A stretch of DNA of 49,130 bases from an uncultured Candidatus Saccharibacteria bacterium (GTDB lineage: Bacteria > Patescibacteriota > Doudnabacteria > UBA920). The first letter of the stretch is position 1. Each line of letters opens with the position of its first letter. Of this stretch, positions 40,955 through 48,948 are shown in pieces. The notes below the pieces were generated by a model. The model did no database searches and was not told where the DNA came from. It saw only the letters and a list, made by a program, of their open reading frames with translations. The DNA is taken from positions 1-49,130 of the forward strand of contig CAZQFQ010000002.1 in the NCBI GenBank assembly GCA_964592725.1. The letters are read 5' to 3'. The translations under genes were made by a program, and so were the position numbers.

Positions 40955-42235
40955 TATAATTGCTTCTATCTCCAGCAACCGATTATATTTCGCCAACCGT
41001 TCCCCGCGACAAGGCGCGCCGGCTTTTATGTATTCCGCGTTCACAGCCACGGCCAGGTCGGCGATAAAATCATCTGATGTCTCCCCGCTTCTGTGCGAAA
41101 TGACGATTTTATATTTATTTTTTTGCGAAAGTCTAACGGCCGCCAAAGTTTCCGTTAGCGTGCCGATTTGGTTTAGTTTGATTAAAACCGCGTTGGCGAT
41201 TTTTTGGGTGATGCCCATTTGGATTCGTTGCGGATTGGTCACAAACAAATCGTCGCCGATGAGCAAAGTTTTATCGCCCAAATTTTGAGTTAAAAATTTC
41301 CAGCCCAACAAATCGTCCTGCGCGCAACCGTCTTCTATTGCCATAAGCGGATATTTGGCCAGCCATTTTTTGTAGACTTGATAAATGTTGGCCGACGTGG
41401 CGGACATTTTGCCGGCCTTGAATTCGTAAATGCCTTTTTTCTCGTTAAAAAACTCGCTGGATGCCGCGTCCAGTCCCAAAGCAAAATCCCTCCCTAGTTT
41501 ATATTTTGCCGATTTTATTGCGGCCTCAAGTTGTTTAAACGCGTCTTCATTGGAAGAAAGTTTTGGCGCGAACCCGCCCTCATCGCCTACCGAAGTTGCG
41601 AGCCCCTTAGCCGCGAGTTGCGATTTTAACGCGTGATACACTTCCGCGCCCATTCTTAGCTTATTGGCAAAATTTCCCCTAAGCGGAACAAGGAAAAACT
41701 CCTGCACATCCAAACCGCTGTCCGCGTGCACCCCGCCGTTTATAACATTAAAAAACGGGGTCGGTATTTTATACGCTTCCCTCCCCCTCTGGGGGAGGGT
41801 CAGGGAGAGGGTTTCATCGTCTGGCAAATACATCCCCCTCAAATACTCAAAAAGCTCCCTTTTTTGGCATTTTGCGGCCAGCCTGGCCGAAGCGAGCGAA
41901 ACCGATAAAATGGCGTTCGCGCCAAGTTTGGCCTTATTGTCCGTGCCGTCCAGCTCTATCATCATTTCGTCAATTTTTTGCTGATCCCCGCAAGATATCC
42001 CCTTAACAGCCTTAAATATCTTTTCTTCCACATTCCGGCAAGCCTTAAGCACGCCCTTACCGCCATACCGCTTTTTATCCCCATCCCGGAGCTCCAAAGC
42101 CTCATGCACCCCGGTAGAAGCCCCGCTGGGCACGCTGGCCTTAGCGCTAATATCTCCCGCCCAAACCGTGGTCTCCACCGTCGGATTTCCCCTACTATCC
42201 AACACCTCCAAAGCCCTAATTTTTGTTATCTTCAT
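40952..42235 (-). CDS. eno: enolase
   Basis: ITKIRALEVLDSRGNPTVETTVW, SVPSGASTGVHEALELRDGD and ISHRSGETSD. Confidence 0.95.
   Translation of the reverse strand: MKITKIRALEVLDSRGNPTVETTVWAGDISAKASVPSGASTGVHEALELRDGDKKRYGGKGVLKACRNVEEKIFKAVKGISCGDQQKIDEMMIELDGTDNKAKLGANAILSVSLASARLAAKCQKRELFEYLRGMYLPDDETLSLTLPQRGREAYKIPTPFFNVINGGVHADSGLDVQEFFLVPLRGNFANKLRMGAEVYHALKSQLAAKGLATSVGDEGGFAPKLSSNEDAFKQLEAAIKSAKYKLGRDFALGLDAASSEFFNEKKGIYEFKAGKMSATSANIYQVYKKWLAKYPLMAIEDGCAQDDLLGWKFLTQNLGDKTLLIGDDLFVTNPQRIQMGITQKIANAVLIKLNQIGTLTETLAAVRLSQKNKYKIVISHRSGETSDDFIADLAVAVNAEYIKAGAPCRGERLAKYNRLLEIEAII
41779..41812 (-). repeat. in-frame GGGAGAGGG-type palindromic element inside eno
   Basis: CCCTCCCCC-TCT-GGGGGAGGG-TCAGGGAGAGGGT, translated as DDETLSLTLPQRGREAY just before the conserved P.P..NViNGG segment. 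Confidence 0.8.
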
Positions 42236-42270
42236 TGGTTTTGATGTCTTAATTGCGTTTTAATACCCAT

Positions 42271-42279
42271 ATTATAGCA
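42271..42279 (-). promoter_or_regulatory. extended -10 box (TGcTATAAT) upstream of eno
   Basis: The minus strand reads tgTGcTATAATatggg, about 35 nt upstream of ATG 42235. Confidence 0.5.
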
Positions 42280-42280
42280 C

Positions 42281-42303
42281 AAAAACGCCTGCAAAGCGTT
42301 TAT
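42281..42303 (-). terminator. weak hairpin terminator after the membrane-protein cluster
   Basis: AACGC-7 nt-GCGTT with flanking T/A runs. Confidence 0.4.
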
Positions 42304-42335
42304 TTTTAAATTTAATGAACTGATAATATATGTGG

Positions 42336-42656
42336 CTAACCTTGTTTATTTTTTTCACTTCTAATTCCCGCAAGCAAAGCTACCGCCACCACCAAACAAA
42401 CCAGTATAGAAAAAATCAATTCTTCCAAGTTGCTCTTACCAATATAAATCCCCAAGGTTTTGCTTCTATCAAAATTCCAAGCGTTCCAAAACGTAGCTAT
42501 GGGGTCTACGATAAAAAACAAAACAACTCCCGCAAAAGTCGAAAACCAAATAAATTTTTTATTTTCTGAAATTAATTTTTTGTACTTCAAAAATGCAAAA
42601 ATTAATACCGGGGCAAAAAAGACGAAATCCAAAAATAAATAGCTAAATTTAATCAT
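42336..42656 (-). CDS. lycopene-cyclase-domain small membrane protein (106 aa)
   Basis: About 3 TM helices. VDPIATFWNAWNFDRSKTLGIYIGKSNLEELIFSILV fits the CrtYc/Yd-type D...W.....G.....(P)hEE pattern. Confidence 0.55.
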   Translation of the reverse strand: MIKFSYLFLDFVFFAPVLIFAFLKYKKLISENKKFIWFSTFAGVVLFFIVDPIATFWNAWNFDRSKTLGIYIGKSNLEELIFSILVCLVVAVALLAGIRSEKNKQG

Positions 42657-42966
42657 ACATTTTTTTATAACACAGCAATAAGATAACGCACAACTCTTGG
42701 GGAACCAGCAATAAAAATATGTATTCCTCCAAGGGAAGCCCCAGGAAAAAAGAACCTATTGTATTGTCATAGTACCAAACATGCAAGGCCGTGCTGGCAA
42801 CTAAATTAAATATCAGACCCCAAATAAATGACAAGGTCGCAATTTCTAAAATAATTTTTTTAAATTTTATCAAATAACGCCACCACAGCGCCCACAAAAT
42901 GATAGAGGGAGTAATCACAAAAATAAGATGCCAGCGTAAATAAGGCAAGCCGTTCCAAATGTTCAT
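42649..42966 (-). CDS. lycopene-cyclase-domain small membrane protein (105 aa)
   Basis: Start set at ATG 42966, which overlaps the upstream TGA (ATGA). ...HVWYYDNTIGSFFLGLPLEEYIFLLLVP. Confidence 0.55.
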   Translation of the reverse strand: MNIWNGLPYLRWHLIFVITPSIILWALWWRYLIKFKKIILEIATLSFIWGLIFNLVASTALHVWYYDNTIGSFFLGLPLEEYIFLLLVPQELCVILLLCYKKMYD

Positions 42967-43361
42967 AGATGAACCCATTGGCCTATTAAATAAAAGAGCA
43001 CCCCTGCTCCGCCCCAAAATGGAATGCTAAAATAGCTGGTGTAATCGCCAAGCTTGGCGTAACTATAGCTATAAATCTTATGCCTAAAAACTGAAGCGGC
43101 AAACCATCCCAGTAAATATTCAGCGCCGGTTCCAACCAGTGCAGAATAAAGAAACAGACCCAAATAATCGGTGCTGGATTTTATAATTAAAGCCAACAAA
43201 CCCCAGATTGGAATCGAAATAAAACTAATCTGTTCAGCTCCGACAAATCGGTTATGCAAGCGAACCGGTTTTTGAAAAAATTTATTTACCACACGATAAA
43301 AAATAAACTCTAAAACAAATCCTGTCAGTATCACGCCAAGAAAAAGTTTAAAATCGCTCAT
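42963..43361 (-). CDS. polytopic membrane protein, DUF1113 / putative ABC-transporter type IV-like
   Basis: 132 aa. GTGAEYLLGW...KIYSYSYAKLGDYTSYFSIPFWGGAG. A paralogue of 43380-43758. Confidence 0.4.
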   Translation of the reverse strand: MSDFKLFLGVILTGFVLEFIFYRVVNKFFQKPVRLHNRFVGAEQISFISIPIWGLLALIIKSSTDYLGLFLYSALVGTGAEYLLGWFAASVFRHKIYSYSYAKLGDYTSYFSIPFWGGAGVLFYLIGQWVHL

Positions 43362-43379
43362 ATTTTTATTTCAAAGCTT

Positions 43380-43758
43380 CTAATACTTCGCCCAAATCTT
43401 GATTAATTCATTTAAAGCCCAAGTACCTAAACCGGCAAATGCCCAAAATGGAGCCGAAAGATAGGAAGTTGTGCGGTTGAGTATCCCGTATCTCTCATAA
43501 ATCCACAAATGCTTGCCGGTTATGTTCAAATAAGTGTAGCCAATTGTCGCTTCCAAAAATGGCCCTAAAATCAACCACGCTAAAAAAACTAATATCACTA
43601 CCCCCCCCCTCATACAAATATAAAAAATAGGAGCTGATTAAAGGGATAATAAAAATCAAAAGAAACTCTGTAAAAAATAACTTCTTTTTTATACCCAGAT
43701 AATACGAGGTTAACAGCAAACCGGCCGGGACAGATAAAATATAAATTACGTAAACCAT
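43380..43758 (-). pseudogene. paralogous membrane-protein gene split by a frameshift in a G9 (plus-strand C9) tract
   Basis: Track ORFs 43495-43758 and 43380-43613 overlap in different frames across 43601-43609. Removing one G fuses them into a ~125-aa protein ending GPFLEATIGY...HLWIYERYGILNRTTSYLSAPFWAFAG. Confidence 0.6.
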
Positions 43759-43763
43759 AATTA

Positions 43764-44060
43764 TTAGTTTAATTTTTTATTGACAATTTTATACAACACA
43801 ATCACAAAATAAGGCACGACTATCATAAACAAATTTTCTTCAATTGGCACGTTAAAAACACGAATACCGATAGTTCCGGTTCCGGGAAAGCTCCATATGC
43901 CTTTCGATACAGCATAAAAATCCATTGGCATCGTCAAGATCCATACTAAAAGAAAAAAAACGATTCCTTCTTTAAAGGAGTTAAATAAACGAATTTTAAA
44001 AGCTAACTGCAGTAACAAACCCATCAAAAAACAAATTGATAATAGAGTAAAGTATATCAT
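43764..44060 (-). CDS. lycopene-cyclase-domain small membrane protein (98 aa)
   Basis: TMPMDFYAVSKGIWSFPGTGTIGIRVFNVPIEENLFMIVVPY. Confidence 0.55.
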   Translation of the reverse strand: MIYFTLLSICFLMGLLLQLAFKIRLFNSFKEGIVFFLLVWILTMPMDFYAVSKGIWSFPGTGTIGIRVFNVPIEENLFMIVVPYFVIVLYKIVNKKLN

Positions 44061-44064
44061 ATTT

Positions 44065-44100
44065 TTATTTCAAAGCCTCAATCCCCGGCAGTTTTTTGCC
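44065..44100 (-). repeat. 36-bp duplicate of the pgk 3' end (encodes GKKLPGIEALK*)
   Basis: Minus strand reads GGCAAAAAACTGCCGGGGATTGAGGCTTTGAAATAA, against pgk GGCAAAAAACTTCCCGGGATTGAGGCTTTAAAGTAA. There are 4 differences, all synonymous. Confidence 0.85.
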
Positions 44101-44109
44101 GATGATTGC

Positions 44110-44502
44110 TTATTCAAGATCCACCAGGCCCAGGCTGATTTCCAGGGCTGTGTTTAGTTTTTGGAATTCGGAGCCAGAAATCCTGCCCAGATGTTTTATT
44201 AACCTGCTTTTGTCTATGGTACGCAACTGATTAAGCAAAATTTTAGATTCAACTTCAAGCCCTCTTAAGCCGCCGCCGGAAAGTAAAACTTCAGTCGGAT
44301 ACAAATCTTCCGTATTTTTGGAGGTTATGGCGGCCACTATGGTAACCGGGCTGTAACGGTTGGCAATATTGTTTTGCAATATCAAGGCCGGCCTGGTCTT
44401 TTTTATTTCCGCGCCGATTGTCGGGTCAAAATTCACCAAATAGATTTCTCCCCGTTTGGGAAAAATTATTTCTTGTTTTTTTGTTTTTTTTCTTTTTGCC
44501 AT
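44110..44502 (-). CDS. mazF: MazF/PemK-family endoribonuclease toxin
   Basis: Start set at ATG 44502. RGEIYLVNFDPTIGAEIKKTRPALILQNN. Confidence 0.85.
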   Translation of the reverse strand: MAKRKKTKKQEIIFPKRGEIYLVNFDPTIGAEIKKTRPALILQNNIANRYSPVTIVAAITSKNTEDLYPTEVLLSGGGLRGLEVESKILLNQLRTIDKSRLIKHLGRISGSEFQKLNTALEISLGLVDLE

Positions 44503-44726
44503 ATATCTTCCTCTAAAGGAAACCACTGCCGGGCCAAATCCAAATCACGCCCAGCGTTGGCTAAGGAGCCTTGTTTTAACTTCTGCCTTAAGCCGGCTTT
44601 CTGTTGGGATTGAAAATAATAATTTATGGCGGAAACTATAAAATTACTCCGCTCCCCGGGTCTTGCCGCATGGTCTAAGGTCTTTATGGTTTCCTCCGGA
44701 AGCATAATGTTTATTCTTTTGTGCAT
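44466..44726 (-). CDS. ribbon-helix-helix (CopG/MazE-like) antitoxin
   Basis: INIMLPEETIKTLDHAARPGERSNFIVSAINYY. Overlaps the mazF start by 37 nt. Confidence 0.75.
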   Translation of the reverse strand: MHKRINIMLPEETIKTLDHAARPGERSNFIVSAINYYFQSQQKAGLRQKLKQGSLANAGRDLDLARQWFPLEEDIWQKEKKQKNKK

Positions 44727-44752
44727 ATTATTGGAAATTAACTCTTTATGTC

Positions 44753-44781
44753 ATTATACACACCTTTTGTGTGTATGTCAA
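44753..44781 (-). promoter_or_regulatory. consensus promoter TTGACA-17-TATAAT of the mazEF cassette, with a 7-5-7 inverted repeat in the spacer
   Basis: The minus strand reads TTGACAtacacacaaaaggtgtgTATAAT. The IR TACACAC/GTGTGTA is a likely antitoxin operator. The -35 box begins 5 nt after the pgk stop. Confidence 0.7.
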
Positions 44782-44786
44782 ATGAG

Positions 44787-44822
44787 TTACTTTAAAGCCT
44801 CAATCCCGGGAAGTTTTTTGCC
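44787..44822 (-). repeat. pgk 3' end, partner of the 44065-44100 duplicate
   Basis: See 44065-44100. Confidence 0.85.
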
Positions 44823-46010
44823 GGCGAGGTACTCAAGCATGGCGCCGCCGCCGGTAGAGACGTGGTCGTAGTGCTCAAATTGGTGGGCCTGGCGGATGGC
44901 GTCAACGGTTTCCCCTCCTCCGGCCACCACATAGGCAAAACCTTTGCCGCGGCCGCCTATAAGCCGCGCCAGGGACATAGTGCCGGTATCAAACGGCTTT
45001 TTTTCAAACATACCAAGCGGTCCGCTCCAGACAATGGTTTTGGCTTCTTTGATTATTTTAGCGTAGGCTAAAATTGTTTTGGGGCCGATGTCCAAAACCA
45101 TTTCGGTATTTTTTATTTCATAAGGCGCGCAAACACGGATGGAATCTTTTTCCATTTTTTCGTTGGTCACGACAACATCCAGCGGCAAGTTTAACTTATC
45201 TTTAAAATTCTTTTCAATTTTCCACGCGGTTTTCTCCTCGGATTCTTCAATTTTGGATAATCCGACTTCCAAACCTTTTGCCTTAAACATCAAACTGGCC
45301 ACGCCGCCGCCGGTTAAAATTTGATCCGCCTTTTCCCCCAAATGCTCCAGCGCCCCGACTTTTTCCGAAAGCTTGATTCCGCCGGTCATAAGCACAAACG
45401 GCGGTTTGCTATGCTTAAGCAAAATATCCAGCGCTTTAATTTCTCTTTCCAAAAGCAGGCCGCAATAACTTTCCAAATGCTTGGTCACACCGACTGTGGA
45501 AGCACTGGCGCGATGGTCCACGCCAAAGGCGTCGTTAACGTAAACATCGGCAAAGCTTGAAAGTTTTTTTGCGAATATCGGATCGTTTTCTTCCTCGCCC
45601 GGATAAAAGCGCAAGTTCTCCAAAAGTATTACGTCCTTGCGCGGAGCCATAGAAAGCCGTTCGTGGTGCTTCTCGTCGGTAATATCGCCTTTATAAAAAA
45701 TTAGATGGTTAATTTGATAATCAGGCAAAGCGTAATCAGTTTCCACAAATTTGTAACCCAAAAGCTCCGCCATTACCCGCGCCACGGGTTCCAGGCTAAA
45801 GGCCGGATCTTTTTTACCTTTTGGCCTGCCCAAATGCCCGCAAACTATTACCGTATTGCCGTCGGCCTGCAAATGTTTGATGGTTGGAATAATCTGCTCA
45901 ATCCTAAAAGCGTCGCTAACCTTGCCATTATCTATCGGCACGTTAACGTCTACGCGCAAGAGGACGGTTTTATTTTGGATTTTTGAAGTTCTAAGATATT
46001 TAACGGCCAT
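44787..46010 (-). CDS. pgk: phosphoglycerate kinase
   Basis: VLLRVDVNVPI, GHLGRPKG and STGGGAMLEYL. Confidence 0.95.
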   Translation of the reverse strand: MAVKYLRTSKIQNKTVLLRVDVNVPIDNGKVSDAFRIEQIIPTIKHLQADGNTVIVCGHLGRPKGKKDPAFSLEPVARVMAELLGYKFVETDYALPDYQINHLIFYKGDITDEKHHERLSMAPRKDVILLENLRFYPGEEENDPIFAKKLSSFADVYVNDAFGVDHRASASTVGVTKHLESYCGLLLEREIKALDILLKHSKPPFVLMTGGIKLSEKVGALEHLGEKADQILTGGGVASLMFKAKGLEVGLSKIEESEEKTAWKIEKNFKDKLNLPLDVVVTNEKMEKDSIRVCAPYEIKNTEMVLDIGPKTILAYAKIIKEAKTIVWSGPLGMFEKKPFDTGTMSLARLIGGRGKGFAYVVAGGGETVDAIRQAHQFEHYDHVSTGGGAMLEYLAGKKLPGIEALK

Positions 46011-46308
46011 AATGCGGGAGGCTTGAAAAGATGAAAAAAATTCTAATTGACGCGAGTAATGAAGGCAAAATATAAACCAAAAATGTTAAGATTAAGTAAC
46101 GGGTCAATAACCGCTCTTGGTTTTGCCTAAACAAATAAGCGATAGCCGCAACAAACACAGAAAGGCTCACCGCACCGTTTATAACATAATTGATAATTCC
46201 AATTGACGGTAAATACTGGAAATAAATTACCGAGCCGGACTGCAAGAGAATTATCAATATCGCGCAGACGGCGGCAAGTACCAAATTAACAAGAAACCAT
46301 ATCTTCAT
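46000..46308 (-). CDS. small hypothetical membrane protein (102 aa) between gap and pgk
   Basis: Three hydrophobic helices. Overlaps the pgk start by 11 nt. Confidence 0.55.
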   Translation of the reverse strand: MKIWFLVNLVLAAVCAILIILLQSGSVIYFQYLPSIGIINYVINGAVSLSVFVAAIAYLFRQNQERLLTRYLILTFLVYILPSLLASIRIFFIFSSLPHYGR

Positions 46309-46312
46309 ATTT

Positions 46313-47469
<1,157 letters not shown>

Positions 47470-47473
47470 CTTA

Positions 47474-48490
47474 TTAATCTTTTTTCTTGCTGACCATCTC
47501 CATTATTTCTTTTTTTATTTTTTCATCCGCTATTTCAATAACCTTAAAATCTTTTAACCTTTTCAGCTCGGCTTCCATCTCGTGCTTTTTAAGCAACCCC
47601 GCTTGCGGCCCGACCTCTTGGACAACGGAGCCGGCGTTAATGGGACCCCAACGCAGGGCCTCACGATGAGGCAAGCCGTGAGCCAAAGCCGCAATATAGG
47701 CTGTGGTAAACGCGTCGCCCGCGCCCGTGGCTTCAATAAGCGGGCCGGGATATTCCGCGATATAATAAAATCCTTCTTTGCTGTAACTATAAGCGCCGCG
47801 GCGGCCGTCGGTCAAGGCGATTGCCTTGGGTCCCAACTTCATCAGCTTTTTACAAAGCTCCTCCGGGTCGCGCCCGCTTTCGCCCACCCAGCTTTGCGCT
47901 TCTTCCACGTTTACCGATAATAAATCTGTATGCCCCAACATCAGTTTATTTTCTTCCGGCCCGGCCCTAAGCTGAAAAGTCCCCGGGTTAAAACCCAAAC
48001 GAACATTATAGCGGTCCAGATATTTTGCCAAATCCTGATAAATTGTTTCAAAACCCAAACCCATGCTCGTTAAGTATATCCACGATGAATGGACAAACGG
48101 CGGCAATTTATATTTCCGGTGTTCGTGGTAAACAAAAATCGTGCGTTCGCCGTCGTGGCTCAGTACCGTAGAAGCATTGGTCGGGTGTTTGTCATTTTTG
48201 ATAATGTAGCGGGTGGACACGCCTTCCTTTTCCATTTTGTGCACAATTTCGCGTCCGCCGGTGTCGTGCGCCACCACGCAATAATACGCCGTCCTAAGGC
48301 CCAGTCGGCTGCTTCCCACGGCGTTATTGGCCGCGTTGCCGGCCACGGTGCGATAGAATTTGTCCACAGGCAATTTATCGCCCCAATTAATTATAGCTTT
48401 TTTAACGCCGCCAATTTCCTTTATTTCCACGTCCTTAACAATCAAGAACGTGTCTATTGTCGGATCGCCGATGCTGATAATATCAAACAT
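47474..48490 (-). CDS. PfkB-family carbohydrate/nucleoside kinase
   Basis: 338 aa. GAGDAFTTAYIAAL (PfkB signature 2) and an N-terminal GD.T.D.F pattern. Confidence 0.8.
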   Translation of the reverse strand: MFDIISIGDPTIDTFLIVKDVEIKEIGGVKKAIINWGDKLPVDKFYRTVAGNAANNAVGSSRLGLRTAYYCVVAHDTGGREIVHKMEKEGVSTRYIIKNDKHPTNASTVLSHDGERTIFVYHEHRKYKLPPFVHSSWIYLTSMGLGFETIYQDLAKYLDRYNVRLGFNPGTFQLRAGPEENKLMLGHTDLLSVNVEEAQSWVGESGRDPEELCKKLMKLGPKAIALTDGRRGAYSYSKEGFYYIAEYPGPLIEATGAGDAFTTAYIAALAHGLPHREALRWGPINAGSVVQEVGPQAGLLKKHEMEAELKRLKDFKVIEIADEKIKKEIMEMVSKKKD

Positions 48491-48504
48491 AAGCTAGTGA
48501 TTAG

Positions 48505-48531
48505 TGCTTAGCGAATAGAGAATAGGATAAG
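48505..48531. repeat. left arm of the inverted repeat enclosing the four-helix-bundle gene
   Basis: GTGCTTAG-cgaatag-AGAATAGGATAAG pairs with 48908-48930 (CTTATCCTATTCT-CTAAGCAC). Confidence 0.75.
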
Positions 48532-48900
48532 TCACCACTTTTTTTCGGATAATTTAGTGTTTTTAATTAAACTGGCCAACATTTTCTGGACTTCAATAAC
48601 CAAGCCATCTGCTTTTGAATAATCAATATTCTGATATTGCGACTTTGCAACTATGAGATGAGTTTCCAATTCCGTAGCAGATCCGAATGAAATATTTAAA
48701 AATCTTATAAACTCAATCTTATGATTTCTCGCCCAGCCTTCCGCTATATTTGCCGCAATGGAAATTGCCGCTCTTATCATCTGTGGAACCAAAATAAACT
48801 TTTCCTCAGATGGCAACTGTTTGCAAATCTTATAAATATCCTTTACTAATTCAATTGCCTTTTGCCAAACTATCAAATCTTTATAACTTTTTATTGGCAT
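48532..48900 (-). CDS. four-helix-bundle protein of the 23S rRNA intervening-sequence protein family
   Basis: 122 aa. YKDLIVWQKAIELVKDIYKICKQLPSEEKF.LV.QMIRAAISIAANIAEGWAR...EFIRFLNISFGSATELETHLIVA is the family hallmark. Confidence 0.85.
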   Translation of the reverse strand: MPIKSYKDLIVWQKAIELVKDIYKICKQLPSEEKFILVPQMIRAAISIAANIAEGWARNHKIEFIRFLNISFGSATELETHLIVAKSQYQNIDYSKADGLVIEVQKMLASLIKNTKLSEKKW

Positions 48901-48907
48901 ATATCGT

Positions 48908-48930
48908 GTCTTATCCTATTCTCTAAGCAC
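48908..48930. repeat. right arm of the inverted repeat enclosing the four-helix-bundle gene
   Basis: See 48505-48531. Starts about 8 nt upstream of ATG 48900. Confidence 0.75.
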
Positions 48931-48948
48931 TATTCTCTATGCACTTCT

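Noticed and set aside
15999-41812. Inteins or introns as the explanation for the in-frame inserts
   Set aside because: The inserts are 30-130 nt, far too short for inteins or group I/II introns, and they lack their conserved motifs.
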